Assembly (NCBI GenBank): GCA_965200315.1
Contig: OZ241362.1
Span: 4,960,001 to 5,024,000 of the forward strand
From: Candidatus Latescibacterota bacterium
GTDB taxonomy: Bacteria > Latescibacterota > UBA2968 > UBA8231
Length of the DNA stretch: 64,000 bases
Direction: 5' to 3'
The position numbers were made by a program, and so were the translations under genes. Below are positions 28,146-39,829 of this stretch, in pieces. Below the pieces are notes generated by a model. It saw nothing but the letters and a program-made list of their open reading frames with translations, was not told where the DNA came from and searched no databases. Within the stretch, counting starts at the first letter, position 1. Each line of letters starts with the position of its first letter.

Positions 28146-28892
28146 ATGGGATTCTTGGACGGAAAAGTCGCGCTGGTGACGGGTGGGTCGCGGGGTATTG
28201 GCCGGGCCATTGCTCTGCGCTTGGCGGAAGAGGGCGCGGATTTGGCAATCTGCGCCCGCAATGCGGCGGCGGCTGGCGAAGTGGCCGCCGCTATTGAGGC
28301 CCTAGGCCGCCGCTGCTTGGTGCGCCAGGCCGATGTCGCCGACGCCGAGCAGGCGGCCGAGCTGGTGGCAGCGACAATCGCGGAATTGGGTCGGCTGGAC
28401 GTGCTGGTCAACAACGCCGGCGTCACTCGCGACAATTTGCTGATGCGGATGAAGGAAGAGGATTGGGACGAGGTATTGGCGATCAACCTCAAGGGCGCCT
28501 TTAACTGCGTCCGAGCCGCAGTGCGCCCCATGCTTAAGGCTCGCGGTGGGCGGATCGTCAACATCACTTCGGTCGTGGGCTTGCTGGGCAATGCCGGCCA
28601 AGCCAACTACGCCGCGTCCAAGGCCGGGTTGATCGGCCTGACCAAGAGCTTGGCGCGGGAACTGGCCTCGCGCGCGATCACCGCCAACGCCGTGGCCCCG
28701 GGGTTGGTGCCGGAAACGGGCATGACGGACGGGTTGACGGAACGGCAGCAGGAGCAGATGATTGCCATGGTGCCGCTGGGGCGTGCCGGGGCGCCGGAAG
28801 ACGTGGCCCACGCCGTGGCGTTCCTAGCATCGGATCAAGCCGCCTATATCACCGGTCAGGTCTTGTCCGTAGATGGCGGCATGGCCATATAA
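28146..28892 (+). CDS. fabG: 3-oxoacyl-ACP reductase
   Basis: TGGSRGIG, NNAGVTRDNLLMRM, NYAASK. Confidence 0.96.
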   Translation: MGFLDGKVALVTGGSRGIGRAIALRLAEEGADLAICARNAAAAGEVAAAIEALGRRCLVRQADVADAEQAAELVAATIAELGRLDVLVNNAGVTRDNLLMRMKEEDWDEVLAINLKGAFNCVRAAVRPMLKARGGRIVNITSVVGLLGNAGQANYAASKAGLIGLTKSLARELASRAITANAVAPGLVPETGMTDGLTERQQEQMIAMVPLGRAGAPEDVAHAVAFLASDQAAYITGQVLSVDGGMAI

Positions 28893-29005
28893 TTGGGTGT
28901 TAAAAGAATTTGCCCATCGCCTATATTTTAGACTCTAATTTTAAGACCGCAGGCTATTGGCCGCAGCGGTAAAACCGTTCACTCCTATCCCAAGAGGAAC
29001 ACACT

Positions 29006-29245
29006 ATGGCTTCTATTGAAGAGCGCGTGAGAGATTTGGTCGTCGAGCAACTCGGCGTGAGCCAAGATCAAGTAAATCCCCAAGCGTCTTTTATCGACGA
29101 CTTGGGTGCCGATTCGCTCGACACCGTCGAGTTGGTTATGGCCTTTGAGGAAGAATTCGGGATCGACATCCCGGACGAGGACGCCGAGAAGATTATGGTC
29201 GTATCCGACGCGATTAAATATCTAGAAGAAAACAGCAAGGCGTGA
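29006..29245 (+). CDS. acpP: Acyl carrier protein
   Basis: [20 protein letters not shown]. Confidence 0.98.
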   Translation: MASIEERVRDLVVEQLGVSQDQVNPQASFIDDLGADSLDTVELVMAFEEEFGIDIPDEDAEKIMVVSDAIKYLEENSKA

Positions 29246-30501
29246 GCGGTAGTCCAGTGCAGAGGCGTAGAGCGGTTGTCACGGGTTTGGGGGTCTTAGC
29301 GCCTAATGGCAACGACCTACCGACGTTCTGGGACGCGCTTCTCGCTGGTCGCTCCGGGGTCGGGCCGATCACTAGATTCGACACTTCCCAACACCGGACT
29401 ACGATCGCCGCCGAGGTCAAGGGTTTCGACCCGGAGGCGGTTATGGACCGCAAGGACGTGCGCCGCAACGACGCCTTTACGCACTACGCGATCTGCGTGG
29501 CGAGGGAGGCGGCTAGCCGTGCCCGGCTCGACATGGAAGCGGTGGACCCCGAGCGCGTGGGCGTCATCTGGGGCTCGGGCATCGGCGGAATCCAGACTCA
29601 CGAAGACCAGCACACTATCCTACTGGAGAAAGGCCCGAGGCGCATCAGCCCGTTCTACGTGCCCATGATGATTTCCGATATGGCCCCAGGCATGATCTCC
29701 ATGGACTTGGGAGCCAAAGGGCCTAACTACTGTACGGTGTCGGCTTGTTCGTCGGCGGCTCATGCTCTCGGCGAGTCGGTGCGCAAGATCCAGTACGGGG
29801 AAGCCGACGTGATGGTGACCGGCGGCTCAGAAGCGGCCGTCACCCCCATTTCCATGGCCGGCTTTTCTTCGGCGAGGGCCCTATCGCTACGCAACGACGA
29901 GCCCGAGCGGGCCAGCCGGCCCTTTGACGCCGAGCGCGATGGTTTCGTACTCGGCGAGGGGGCCGGAGCCGTCATCTTGGAGGAATTGGAGCACGCCCAA
30001 AGGCGCGGGGCCGAGATCTACGGCGAATTCCTCGGGCTGGGTTTTACTGCCGATGCCTATCATCAGACGGCGATGGCACCCGAGGCCGAGGGCGGGGCGC
30101 GAGCCATGCGCATCGCGCTGCAGGACGGCGGCTTGGACCCGAGTGACATCGGGTACATCAATGCCCACGGTACCTCGACGCCCATGGGCGACCAGCAGGA
30201 GACCGCGGCGATCAAGACGGTCTTCGCCGGCCACACCGACAGCTTGGTCGTAAGTTCGACCAAGTCGATGACCGGACATCTGTTGGGCGCAGCCGGAGCC
30301 ATCGAGAGCATCGCCTGCATCATGGCACTCAAAAGCAGGGTCCTGCCGCCGACGATCAACTACGAGAACCCCGACCCCGACTGCGACCTCGACTACGTGC
30401 CCAACCAAGCACGCCGCGTGCAGGTGAACTACGCCCTCAACAATTCCTTTGGCTTTGGTGGCCATAACGCGGCGCTGGTATTCGGTCGTTTCCCCGGCTG
30501 A
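29242..30501 (+). CDS. fabF: Beta-ketoacyl-ACP synthase II
   Basis: [33 protein letters not shown]. Confidence 0.96.
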   Translation: MSGSPVQRRRAVVTGLGVLAPNGNDLPTFWDALLAGRSGVGPITRFDTSQHRTTIAAEVKGFDPEAVMDRKDVRRNDAFTHYAICVAREAASRARLDMEAVDPERVGVIWGSGIGGIQTHEDQHTILLEKGPRRISPFYVPMMISDMAPGMISMDLGAKGPNYCTVSACSSAAHALGESVRKIQYGEADVMVTGGSEAAVTPISMAGFSSARALSLRNDEPERASRPFDAERDGFVLGEGAGAVILEELEHAQRRGAEIYGEFLGLGFTADAYHQTAMAPEAEGGARAMRIALQDGGLDPSDIGYINAHGTSTPMGDQQETAAIKTVFAGHTDSLVVSSTKSMTGHLLGAAGAIESIACIMALKSRVLPPTINYENPDPDCDLDYVPNQARRVQVNYALNNSFGFGGHNAALVFGRFPG

Positions 30502-30567
30502 CGCACTTTCTCTGCACTCCCCTGCACTCCCCGTGCAAACGAGGTTTTCAATTCGGGCATTAGGCAG

Positions 30568-31326
30568 ATGAACTGGATTTCAACTCTTTGGAATCGCCTC
30601 AAGTCGGCGGGCGACCTAAAAGATGGTCCCACGAGTTCGGAGTACGCTCTCGAAAAGCTGTTGGGCTACCACTTCAAGGACAAGAATCTGTTGGTCAAAG
30701 CCCTCAAGCATCGATCGTATGTGTACTCGGAGGAGGGCAGCGACCGCATTGAGTCGAATGAGCGGCTCGAATTTCTCGGCGACGCCGTGTTGGAACTGTT
30801 GGTCACCGACTACCTCTTTCGCCGCTTTGAGGACAAAGGCGAGGGTGAATTGACCCAGATGAAGTCGCAGCTAGTCAGCCGCAAGGCACTGGCGCGCCAA
30901 GCGGACTGTCTTGGGTTGGGGGCGTTTGTGTTGCTGAGTGAGGACGAGCGCGAAGCCAACGGCGGACAGCGGCCGTCGATCCTCTGCGACACCTTGGAGT
31001 CGCTGATTGGGGCGATCTATCTCGACGGTGGCTTAGAGGCTGCCCGCTCCTGTGTTCGGCGTGCGGTGCTGGCGGATTTTCATCAAATAGTCCAACCGGA
31101 CGAGAACTTCAACTTCAAGAGCAGGTTGCTCGAATACTCGCAAAGCATGGGCAATGGCCACCCCCGTTACTTGGTGCATGCCGAGCATGGGCCAGACCAC
31201 GACAAGATCTTCAGCGTCGAAGTGTGTATCACTGGCCGGCGCATGGGTTGGGGCCAAGGGCGGAGCAAGAAGGAGGCGCAACAGATGGCGGCCAAGGACG
31301 CCCTTGATAGTTTGGAGGCGCTCTAA
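30568..31326 (+). CDS. rnc: Ribonuclease III
   Basis: NERLEFLGDAVL, ESLIGAIYLDGG, dsRBD G.GRSKKEAQQ.AA. Confidence 0.96.
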   Translation: MNWISTLWNRLKSAGDLKDGPTSSEYALEKLLGYHFKDKNLLVKALKHRSYVYSEEGSDRIESNERLEFLGDAVLELLVTDYLFRRFEDKGEGELTQMKSQLVSRKALARQADCLGLGAFVLLSEDEREANGGQRPSILCDTLESLIGAIYLDGGLEAARSCVRRAVLADFHQIVQPDENFNFKSRLLEYSQSMGNGHPRYLVHAEHGPDHDKIFSVEVCITGRRMGWGQGRSKKEAQQMAAKDALDSLEAL

Positions 31327-32105
31327 TGGGCCTTGCTTGGCGCGTCATCGATACGGGGGCGAACTGTGGCGCGTACAATATGGGAGTCGATCAAACTCTC
31401 GCCGCAGACGCAGCCCAAGGCCGAGTGCTGCGCTTCTATGGCTGGAATCCGCCAGCTATCTCCTGCGGCTGGAACCAGCAGCCCGAGCGCGAGGCCAATG
31501 TAGAAGCCTGCCGCGTGTTGGGTATTGACGTGGTGCGTCGGCCCACTGGTGGGCGGGCGGTGTTGCACTGGGAGGAATTGACCTACAGTGTCGCCTGCGT
31601 CCCAGAGGCACTGGTCGCGGGTGGCGGGATAGAGGCCACGCACCGCAAGATTGGCGCGTGTTTGGCCGAAGGGCTGCGGCTTTTCGGGGCCCCGGTCGAG
31701 TTGGAAAGGGCTGGCCGTTGCGTTGGCGGCTTGCGGTCGGGTCCTTGTTTTGGTAGCACGGCGCGCTGGGAGCTCAAGTGCCAGCACCGCAAGCTGGTCG
31801 GCAGCGCACAGCGGTGCTACGGACGCCGCTTGCTACAACACGGGTCAATTTTGCTTGGTCGGGCACACGAGCGCCTGCCGCAACTGCTGAGGATTGACGA
31901 GGACGTGCGGCAAAAATGGACTCGGCAGGTGCGAGCGCACAGTACGGATTTGCAGGCCTGTATGGGACGGCCCATTGACCGGGCCGCACTGGTTGATTGC
32001 TTGGTCGAGGGCTTTAGACGCCAGCTCGGTGCAACCATGCGCTGGAGCGCGCTGGCCACCTATGAGGAGCACCGGGCTGCGGCTTGGGAAGGGGACAGCG
32101 CATGA
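31326..32105 (+). CDS. Lipoate-protein ligase A / octanoyltransferase (LipM-like) family protein
   Basis: [29 protein letters not shown]. Confidence 0.85.
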   Translation: MGLAWRVIDTGANCGAYNMGVDQTLAADAAQGRVLRFYGWNPPAISCGWNQQPEREANVEACRVLGIDVVRRPTGGRAVLHWEELTYSVACVPEALVAGGGIEATHRKIGACLAEGLRLFGAPVELERAGRCVGGLRSGPCFGSTARWELKCQHRKLVGSAQRCYGRRLLQHGSILLGRAHERLPQLLRIDEDVRQKWTRQVRAHSTDLQACMGRPIDRAALVDCLVEGFRRQLGATMRWSALATYEEHRAAAWEGDSA

Positions 32106-33082
32106 TTGTGCAGGATCCCTTACTAGAAGTCCGCGATTTGCGGACTTCTTTTTACACGGAAGAGGGCGTCGCCCGCGCCGTTGATGGGGTGTCGTTTGTG
32201 GTGGGGCGGGGCCAGACGTTGGGGCTGGTCGGCGAAAGCGGCTGTGGCAAGAGCGTCAGCGCCTTCTCGATTATGCGCTTGGTGCCCGATCCACCGGGCC
32301 GCATTGAGGCCGGGCAGATATTGCTTAAGGGGCGCGATTTGCTTGCGCTGGAAGAGGAGGAGATGCGCCGCGTGCGCGGCGACGACATCGCGATGATTTT
32401 TCAGGAGCCGATGACGAGCCTCAATCCGGTGCTAACCTGCGGGTTCCAGATCATCGAAGCCGTGGTTTTGCACCAGCAGGTCCCCAAGCAGGAAGCGCGT
32501 GCCCGGGCGGTCGAGATGCTGCAACTGGTGGGGATTCCAGCGCCCGAACAGCGGATTGACGAATATCCCCACCAGCTATCGGGTGGGATGCGCCAGCGGG
32601 TGATGATCGCCATGGCCCTGGCGTGCAATCCAGACGTGTTGATTGCCGATGAGCCGACCACGGCCCTTGACGTGACGATCCAAGCGCAGATCCTCGCGCT
32701 GTTGGAGTCGCTGCAAGAATCCCTGCAAATGGCGATTGTGATGATCACTCACGACCTCGGGGTGATCGCCGAGACCGCGGACCAAGTGGCGGTCATGTAC
32801 GCCGGCCAAGTTGTCGAATACGCGGAAACGCAAGTCCTATTTACCCGTCCGCGGCACCCTTATACGCGCGGCTTGCTGCGCTCGATCCCTCGGTTGGACG
32901 CCGAGCAGGAGCGATTGGACATCATCCCGGGCGTGGTGCCCGACGCCCGCTCCTTTCCACCGGGGTGTCGCTTTGCCCCGCGCTGCCCGCTGGCCGACGC
33001 CCACTGTCGGGCCGAAGCACCGCCACTGGAGGAGGTCGAGGCCGGGCACTGGGCAAGCTGTTGGAAGGCAGGGGACGCATGA
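32102..33082 (+). CDS. Oligopeptide/dipeptide ABC ATPase (OppD/DppD-like)
   Basis: [40 protein letters not shown]. Confidence 0.92.
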   Translation: MIVQDPLLEVRDLRTSFYTEEGVARAVDGVSFVVGRGQTLGLVGESGCGKSVSAFSIMRLVPDPPGRIEAGQILLKGRDLLALEEEEMRRVRGDDIAMIFQEPMTSLNPVLTCGFQIIEAVVLHQQVPKQEARARAVEMLQLVGIPAPEQRIDEYPHQLSGGMRQRVMIAMALACNPDVLIADEPTTALDVTIQAQILALLESLQESLQMAIVMITHDLGVIAETADQVAVMYAGQVVEYAETQVLFTRPRHPYTRGLLRSIPRLDAEQERLDIIPGVVPDARSFPPGCRFAPRCPLADAHCRAEAPPLEEVEAGHWASCWKAGDA

Positions 33083-34107
33083 GCCAAGCTGCGCCCTTGG
33101 TCGAGGTCGAGGGCCTCAAAAAATACTTTCCCGTGCGCCAGGGGGTTTGGGGCCGAGTGCAGGCCCACGTCAAGGCCGTCGATGGGGTCGATCTGGCGAT
33201 TGGACGCGGCGAGACCTTGGGCGTAGTCGGCGAGAGCGGCTGCGGCAAGACCACGCTGGGCAGGCTCATGCTGCGGCTAATTGAAGCTACGGCTGGGCAG
33301 GTGCGCTTTGCTGGGGTTGACCTATTGGGGTTGGGCAAGGAGGCCATGCGGCGGCAGCGGCGGGACATGCAGATCATCTTCCAAGATCCGTATGCGTCGC
33401 TCAATCCGCGGATGACGGTGGGCGGCATTATCGGCGAAGCTCTGAAGGTTCACGGGCTGGCCGAGCGCGCCGAGTTAGCCGAGCGAGTGGGGGAGTTGCT
33501 GGAGATGGTCGGGTTGCCGGCGGATTGTGCGCGGCGCTACCCGCACGAGTTTTCCGGCGGCCAGCGCCAGCGCATTGGCATTGCCCGCGCCTTGGCGGTG
33601 CGGCCGCAGTTTATAGTCGCCGACGAGCCGGTGTCTGCGCTGGACGTTTCGGTGCAAGCTCAGATTATCAACTTGCTGCAAGACCTACAGCGCGATTTGG
33701 GCCTAACATATATGTTTATTGCCCACGATTTGAGCGTGGTGCGCCACATTTCGAATCGGGTGGCCGTGATGTACTTGGGGCGCATCGTCGAGGTGGCAGC
33801 GCGAGATAAGCTCTACCGCCAGCCATCCCATCCCTATACGCGTGCGCTGCTGGCGGCCGTGCCCGCGCCCGACCCGCGGACTAAGCGGCAGCGCGTCCTC
33901 TTGGAGGGCGACGCGCCCAATCCAGCGGCCGTGCCCTCGGGATGTGCCTTTCACCCGCGCTGCCCGGAGCGCGAAGAGATATGCACTCGCGTGGTGCCGC
34001 GCCTCGTCGATCTGGGCGACGGCCACTGTACGGCCTGTCTGCTCCGCTATCCCGCGGAGCTGAAGAACCGATTGGCTGCTGAGGCCAACGAGAAAAACGC
34101 AAGATAG
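33079..34107 (+). CDS. Oligopeptide/dipeptide ABC ATPase (OppF/DppF-like)
   Basis: [45 protein letters not shown]. Confidence 0.92.
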   Translation: MSQAAPLVEVEGLKKYFPVRQGVWGRVQAHVKAVDGVDLAIGRGETLGVVGESGCGKTTLGRLMLRLIEATAGQVRFAGVDLLGLGKEAMRRQRRDMQIIFQDPYASLNPRMTVGGIIGEALKVHGLAERAELAERVGELLEMVGLPADCARRYPHEFSGGQRQRIGIARALAVRPQFIVADEPVSALDVSVQAQIINLLQDLQRDLGLTYMFIAHDLSVVRHISNRVAVMYLGRIVEVAARDKLYRQPSHPYTRALLAAVPAPDPRTKRQRVLLEGDAPNPAAVPSGCAFHPRCPEREEICTRVVPRLVDLGDGHCTACLLRYPAELKNRLAAEANEKNAR

Positions 34108-34124
34108 CAGGAGAGCGATAGCTT

Positions 34125-35948
34125 ATGATGACTTTGTTGCGCCAAAAGACGGTGCTTGTTTTGTGGTTTGTGATATTCGCCTTCATCGGCTTAATCGTCG
34201 TCGAATGGGGGGCCGACTACTCGGGGCCGGGCGCCAACGCCGCTGGCGATACGGTTGGCGTGGTCAATGGCGAGACCATTTCGCTGCAGGAGTTCCAAGA
34301 CGCGCTGCGGCGGGTAGCGCGCCAGATGCCTCAAGAGCAGCGCGCCGATCAGGCCCTGCTCGTGCAGCAGGTATGGGACTACTATGTCCGCGAGATCATT
34401 TTGACCCGTGAATTTGAGCGTTTGGGCTTTGAGGTGACCGATGGGGAGATCGCCTTTTACACGCGGAACAAACCCCCGCAGGCCGTGCGCGAATTCGAGA
34501 CCTTTCAAACCGATGGCGCGTTCGACATGGACAAGTACGCCCAGTTCATCGGCAATCCGGCCAATCTCAGCGACCCCAACAACCAAGCCTTAGTCCTGTA
34601 TATCGAGAGCACGATTGAGCGGCAATTGCTCGAGTACAGGCTACAGAGGATGCTGCGGGGCACCGCGCAGGTGAGTCCCAATGAGGCGCACCAGCACTTT
34701 GCCGAGGCCAACGAAAAGGTGCGCGTCGAATACGCATTTGCCCCCAGCGACGCTGCGGATGACGAGATCGAAGTTACAGACGAAGATTTGGCCGCCTATT
34801 ATCAAGAAAACGTGGCCGCCTACGAGCATCCCGACCAAATAAAGCTGGAGTACGCGTACTTTCCCAAGGTGGCCAGCGCCGCGGATTCACTGGAGATCAA
34901 AGAGGAGATGGACCGCCTGCGCCAAGAGATTGAGGCCGGCGCGGATTTTGCCGGATTGGCCGCGGTGGTCTCGGACGACGAAGGCTCTGCCGCCCAAGGT
35001 GGCGATCTCGGTTTTTTTGGCCGCGGTCAGATGGTCGCGCCCTTTGAGGAAGCGGCCTTCGCCTTGGCACCCGGCGAGCTTTCCGAGCCAGTGCAGACGC
35101 GCTATGGCTGGCATCTGATCAAGGTGGAAGAACGCTTGGAGGAAGAAAGCGGTGAGGCGAAGGTACACGCCCGCCATATCCTGCTCAGATACCAGCCCTC
35201 GCGCACGACTGAGGATAGCCTGCGCAGCCGGGCCGAGGTGTTCCAAGAGCAGGCTACAGCCGAAGGATTTGCGGCCACGCTAGCGGCCTCTGGCACCGAG
35301 GCGACGCCCACGAATTTCCTGCGCAAAAGCCAAGCCGTGCCGGGCATCAGCGCGAGCACCACGTGGCTCGTCAACTGGTTTTTTGAACAGGAACCCGGAG
35401 CCGTCAGTCAGATCGTCGAGGACGATTCGGGGTTGTGGGTGGCGCAGCTAGTGGCCAAACGGCCTGAGGGCACTGTGCCCTTGGACGAGCTAAAGGATCA
35501 GCTTGAGCCGTTGGTACAAGCGCGCAAAAAGGCCGCTCGCGCCGCAGCCCAGCTAAAGGCCGTGCGGCGGGAAGTAGGAGCCGGGGCCACCTTGGCCCAA
35601 GCGGCGCAAAATGCCGGGGTGGAGTTCCACACCCCGGAGGCTTTTGCGCGCGCCGAATCGGTGGAGGGTCTAGGTCGCGTGAGCGCGGTAATCGGCGCGG
35701 CCTTCCGCTTGGAAGAGGGCCGGCTCAGCGAAGTGATCGAGGTCGCCGAGGGCAGCAAGCGCGGGGCGTACTTGCTGAAGCTGTTGGAGAAGACACCGGT
35801 AGATGAGGAGCAATTCGCTGCGCAGCGCGAGCAGGTCATCGCCCAGCTCCAGGCCCAGCGCGAGCAGGAGGCCGTGCAGAACTGGTTCGCGCACCTGTAC
35901 GATACGGCCGAGATCGAGGACAACAGACATCGCTTTTTCACGTTTTAG
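34125..35948 (+). CDS. PpiD-like membrane-anchored chaperone/parvulin PPIase (SurA N-terminal domain)
   Basis: N-terminal TM helix, [42 protein letters not shown]. Confidence 0.85.
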   Translation: MMTLLRQKTVLVLWFVIFAFIGLIVVEWGADYSGPGANAAGDTVGVVNGETISLQEFQDALRRVARQMPQEQRADQALLVQQVWDYYVREIILTREFERLGFEVTDGEIAFYTRNKPPQAVREFETFQTDGAFDMDKYAQFIGNPANLSDPNNQALVLYIESTIERQLLEYRLQRMLRGTAQVSPNEAHQHFAEANEKVRVEYAFAPSDAADDEIEVTDEDLAAYYQENVAAYEHPDQIKLEYAYFPKVASAADSLEIKEEMDRLRQEIEAGADFAGLAAVVSDDEGSAAQGGDLGFFGRGQMVAPFEEAAFALAPGELSEPVQTRYGWHLIKVEERLEEESGEAKVHARHILLRYQPSRTTEDSLRSRAEVFQEQATAEGFAATLAASGTEATPTNFLRKSQAVPGISASTTWLVNWFFEQEPGAVSQIVEDDSGLWVAQLVAKRPEGTVPLDELKDQLEPLVQARKKAARAAAQLKAVRREVGAGATLAQAAQNAGVEFHTPEAFARAESVEGLGRVSAVIGAAFRLEEGRLSEVIEVAEGSKRGAYLLKLLEKTPVDEEQFAAQREQVIAQLQAQREQEAVQNWFAHLYDTAEIEDNRHRFFTF

Positions 35949-35962
35949 ATTGGAGAGGAATC

Positions 35963-36874
35963 ATGTCAGCAGCACCAGGGCAAACGCAAATCGGCTTTAT
36001 CGGCTTGGGGATTATGGGTGCGCCCATGGCCGAGAATCTGCTCAAAGCCGGTTATCAACTCAATGTATACAACCGCAGCGACCGGCCGCGCGTCGGCGAG
36101 GTCGTCGCGGCCGGCGGCGTACGCGTTGGCTCGCCCAAGGAGGCGGCGACGGGTGCAGATGTCATCATCAGCATCGTCACGGACACGCCCGATATGGAGG
36201 CCGTGCTGGTGGGCGCGGAAGGCGCGATTCACGGAGCTAAAGAGGGCGCGATAGTCATCGATATGAGCACGGTTTCACCCAAAGTCACCCGCGAAGTAGC
36301 CGCGGCCTTGCAGGGGCGGGGCGTGGCCATGCTCGACGCGCCCGTCAGCGGCGGAGATGTGGGCGCGATCAACGGCACCCTGTCGATTATGGTCGGCGGC
36401 GACGAGGCCGTCTTTAACCAATGCCTGCCGGTCTTTGAGGCCATGGGTACCAACATCAACTTGATCGGTTCCAATGGTGCTGGTCAGACGACTAAGCTCT
36501 GCAATCAGATCGCGGTTGCGGTCAACAACATGGCCATGGCCGAGGCTCTGATGCTGGCGGCAGCCTCGGACTTGGATGTGCAAAAGGTCATCAACGCGAT
36601 CAGCGGTGGGGCGGCTGGCTCTTGGCAGTTGAGCAATTTAGGCCCGCGCATTGCCGCGGGCGATTTCGACCCGGGCTTTATGGTCTATTTGCAGCAAAAG
36701 GATTTGCGCTTGGTCTTGCAGGCGGCCAACGACGTCAAGATGGCCCTACCGGCCGTGAGCATAGCCCACCAGTTTTTCAACATCGTCGAGCGCGCCGGTT
36801 GCGCCGAAGAAGGGACCCAAGCGCTGATCAAGGCCTACGAGGCCCAGGCCGGCAGACAAGCGCGGGCCAAGTAG
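35963..36874 (+). CDS. NAD(P)-dependent beta-hydroxyacid dehydrogenase (2-hydroxy-3-oxopropionate reductase/3-HIBDH family)
   Basis: GFIGLGIMG, DAPVSGG, KLCNQ, KDL. Confidence 0.9.
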   Translation: MSAAPGQTQIGFIGLGIMGAPMAENLLKAGYQLNVYNRSDRPRVGEVVAAGGVRVGSPKEAATGADVIISIVTDTPDMEAVLVGAEGAIHGAKEGAIVIDMSTVSPKVTREVAAALQGRGVAMLDAPVSGGDVGAINGTLSIMVGGDEAVFNQCLPVFEAMGTNINLIGSNGAGQTTKLCNQIAVAVNNMAMAEALMLAAASDLDVQKVINAISGGAAGSWQLSNLGPRIAAGDFDPGFMVYLQQKDLRLVLQAANDVKMALPAVSIAHQFFNIVERAGCAEEGTQALIKAYEAQAGRQARAK

Positions 36875-36881
36875 CCTGTCG

Positions 36882-37673
36882 GTGCAACTCGAACTGAAAA
36901 AGGTCGGGGTCCTGCTGCGCGACCAAAATTTGGACTATCCGGTCGCCGAGGTGCGCGACCTGTTTGCCGCGCACGGGATCGCCGTGTGCTTTATCGAGGG
37001 GGACGAGTGCCCGGACGACCTAGATTTGGTCGTTGCGCTTGGCGGCGACGGCACGGTGCTTCGCGCCTTTGCGCGCTTCCCGCAGCGGCCAGTGTTGGCG
37101 ATCAATTTCGGCACCGTCGGCTTTTTGACCGCTGGGGACCGCAAGGACTTGGCGCGCATTGTCCAGCTCTTAGTCGATGGCCAGTACTTCGTCAGCGAGC
37201 GTTTGGTGCTCTCTTGCCGTTATCCCTGCGGCGAGAGTCTGGTCTTCAACGAGGTGACCTTGCGGGCGCACCACAAAATGCTCTCTACGGACGTCTTTGT
37301 TGACGACGCCAAAATCCGCACCATTCGCGGCGACGGCGTGGTCGTCGGTACGCCGACGGGCAGCACTGGGCTGTTGCTATCGATGGGTGCGCCGCTGGTC
37401 ATGCCGGAAGTGCGCTGCATGTTGCTCGACGGTATCAACGAATACAACTTCACGTCGCGGACTCTGATCCTGTCGGCTGAGAAGCGGGTGCGGCTGCGCG
37501 TCAGCCCCGAGACCTTAGACAGCCATCTGGCGCTCATTGCCGATGGCCGCGAGATATGCAGCTTAGCTCCCGATCAGGAGGTGTACGTCGGCCAAGCCGA
37601 GCACACGGCGCGGTTGATATATCTCGACGATAATTACTTTTTTCACAACTTGTCGGAGAAACTTTCTTGGTAG
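36882..37673 (+). CDS. nadK: NAD kinase
   Basis: LGGDGT, INFGTVGFL, NE, GDGVVVGTPTGST. Confidence 0.88.
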   Translation: MQLELKKVGVLLRDQNLDYPVAEVRDLFAAHGIAVCFIEGDECPDDLDLVVALGGDGTVLRAFARFPQRPVLAINFGTVGFLTAGDRKDLARIVQLLVDGQYFVSERLVLSCRYPCGESLVFNEVTLRAHHKMLSTDVFVDDAKIRTIRGDGVVVGTPTGSTGLLLSMGAPLVMPEVRCMLLDGINEYNFTSRTLILSAEKRVRLRVSPETLDSHLALIADGREICSLAPDQEVYVGQAEHTARLIYLDDNYFFHNLSEKLSW

Positions 37674-37755
37674 AGTTGTGTTTCCGTACATTGGGAGCAA
37701 TCGAGTCAAACTCAGTATCGTTTTCAAGTAATAAGACAGCATAGAGGAGAAAAGA

Positions 37756-38502
37756 TTGACCTACACCTATTCTGAACAGAATGAAGCCAAGGAAACCGGG
37801 GCAAGAGCGTGGGACCGGATCATGGGGGCATCGCTGGCGCTTCCTGGAGCGAAAGTTGACCGCAATAGCTTTCTTTATTCTCAACTCCATAATTATTGCG
37901 ACGAGACACAGACTAAGGAAGCAATTGAAGACAGGCCTGCTAATGCTGGAATACCATCTAAGCTGATTGATAGGTTGGCTGATTCCTGCATTAAGTCACA
38001 TGTTCTCAAAGCTTCTGCGATTTCATTTGGGACTGGCTTGCCGGGTGGTTGGGCGATGGCGGCCACTATTCCCGCCGACCTAGCTCAATTCTATTGGCAC
38101 GCAATCGTCTTATCCCAGAAGTTGGCGTACTTATATGGCTGGCCAGACTTACTGAAAGAAGACGAGGCTGACGAAGAGACCAAGGCGAGGATTACACTGC
38201 TCATCGGAGCGATGATGGGTGCTGAGGCAGCTAACAAAATAATAAGCGAGGTAGCTGAGCGATTTGCCAGAGAAGTTGTGCGACGTCTTCCGAGGCAGGC
38301 ACTCACTAGGACTGCGTACTACCCACTAATCAAACAGATTAGCAAATGGATTGGAATTAACGTCACCAAAAATACCTTTGCGCGTAGTGTGTCAAAATTC
38401 GTGCCAATTGTTGGCGGACTTGTTTCCGCTGGCGTGACTGCGGCAATGATGAAACCTATGGCCAAGCGACTGAAGAATCACCTAAGAGAGTTGGAGAGTT
38501 GA
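37756..38502 (+). CDS. EcsC-family protein (low-GC island)
   Basis: LPGAKVDR, TGLPGGWAMAATIPADL, QKLAYLYGWPDL, KFVPIVGG. TTG start after an AGAGGAG RBS. Confidence 0.65.
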   Translation: MTYTYSEQNEAKETGARAWDRIMGASLALPGAKVDRNSFLYSQLHNYCDETQTKEAIEDRPANAGIPSKLIDRLADSCIKSHVLKASAISFGTGLPGGWAMAATIPADLAQFYWHAIVLSQKLAYLYGWPDLLKEDEADEETKARITLLIGAMMGAEAANKIISEVAERFAREVVRRLPRQALTRTAYYPLIKQISKWIGINVTKNTFARSVSKFVPIVGGLVSAGVTAAMMKPMAKRLKNHLRELES

Positions 38503-38587
38503 GATTAGCACATCCTGATGGTCATGACGGGTGAGTCGTATCCCAGTGATAAAGTCTGGCTGAGGTCAGGAAGCGTAAAACAGGAGG

Positions 38588-39829
38588 ATGGTAATTTGGC
38601 CAATGGAAGTTTCGGACGTTGACAGGAGTCAAGAAACCATGGAAGGCGAGATCAAGCAGGTTGATAAACGAGCTGATAGTGATGGACAAGTGATAAATCC
38701 ACGCATTATCATCGACGCAAGTTACATGCGTGGCATGAAAAGGGATGGTGCACCACTTCGCACAATATGTGAACAAGGTGGTCGTATCATGTTAATCGAT
38801 ACTTTAGTTCGTGAGCTTATCACATCTGATCAAAACCAATGGTCCTTAGCAATACCCCGACTTGTGGAATACCGGGATTCCATCGAAATCTGTGAACATG
38901 TATCCAAAATGTGTAAGGCCGAGCTTGAAGATCATAGTCCGTACGGTGATCCTGTAGATGATAAAAAAACTGAAAACCTGCGGAAGATGTTAAAAGAAAA
39001 TTCAGAATTTCAACCTGACAATTTGGAGACACTAATTAAGGATTGGAAGGGAGAAACAGAAAGTAAGAGCAGTCTTGGACTATTACGGAACCTTGCAGTT
39101 TCTCAATCACCATTTCGCGAGGAAGATATAGAAAAGATTAGAAACAGAGATCCCAATGATAGGGAAGTTGTTCAGGTCTGTTATAATTTGATCAATGACC
39201 CAGAGAATATTCGATTAGTATTGAAGGACGTTATTCAAAATCCTGATAAAGTAGATTCCACTTGGGTCCTGTGGCATCTATCTAAATCGCTTCTTGCGGT
39301 ATGTTGTGATAGAGAGTGCCGAGGTGAAGATAAGTTTAGGAGCATATCAGATAAAAAATTGGCCAACATAAAATATGACTTAGACTACTTAGTTTTATTG
39401 ACATTCGCAGATGCGATTGCCTCTCGTGAAACAAAAGGAGAACAGGCTTACTATCGACGGTGGATGTTTGGCGATGCATCAAAGCTGTTGATAAGATCTT
39501 ATGAAAAAGAACAAATTGTGCATAAATTCAGACAGATGTCCAAAATTGCGATTTATGTAACCGAACAACTGGATGGATATACATGTGCGCTAGATCCTTG
39601 GAGTCGAGGAGTGCTAAAAATACAAGATTTAGGAGAGCTGCCTGCAAGTGTGTTTATCTCATATAAGACTGAACGGCACCTTGAGTTTTTTCACGGCTCA
39701 ACATGGAAACATACTGTAGAGATCCTAACCGGCTATTCAGCAACAGAACTTCAGGAATTTGGTGGAGTTGTATTTGTAGATACTAGGACACTGGATACCT
39801 TATTTGAGCCTTCGACTCAATATGCCTAA
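38588..39829 (+). CDS. Hypothetical protein: PIN-like nuclease domain plus a ~100 aa C-terminal domain
   Basis: IIIDAS, DTLVREL, N..YDLDYL, ADAIASRE form an acidic-residue pattern like PIN. AT-rich codon usage. Start uncertain (38588/38603/38639). Confidence 0.5.
   Translation: MVIWPMEVSDVDRSQETMEGEIKQVDKRADSDGQVINPRIIIDASYMRGMKRDGAPLRTICEQGGRIMLIDTLVRELITSDQNQWSLAIPRLVEYRDSIEICEHVSKMCKAELEDHSPYGDPVDDKKTENLRKMLKENSEFQPDNLETLIKDWKGETESKSSLGLLRNLAVSQSPFREEDIEKIRNRDPNDREVVQVCYNLINDPENIRLVLKDVIQNPDKVDSTWVLWHLSKSLLAVCCDRECRGEDKFRSISDKKLANIKYDLDYLVLLTFADAIASRETKGEQAYYRRWMFGDASKLLIRSYEKEQIVHKFRQMSKIAIYVTEQLDGYTCALDPWSRGVLKIQDLGELPASVFISYKTERHLEFFHGSTWKHTVEILTGYSATELQEFGGVVFVDTRTLDTLFEPSTQYA

Noticed and set aside
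30511-30531. Short direct repeat ctgcactccc(c) x2 upstream of rnc
   Set aside because: Too short and seen only once, so no function can be supported.
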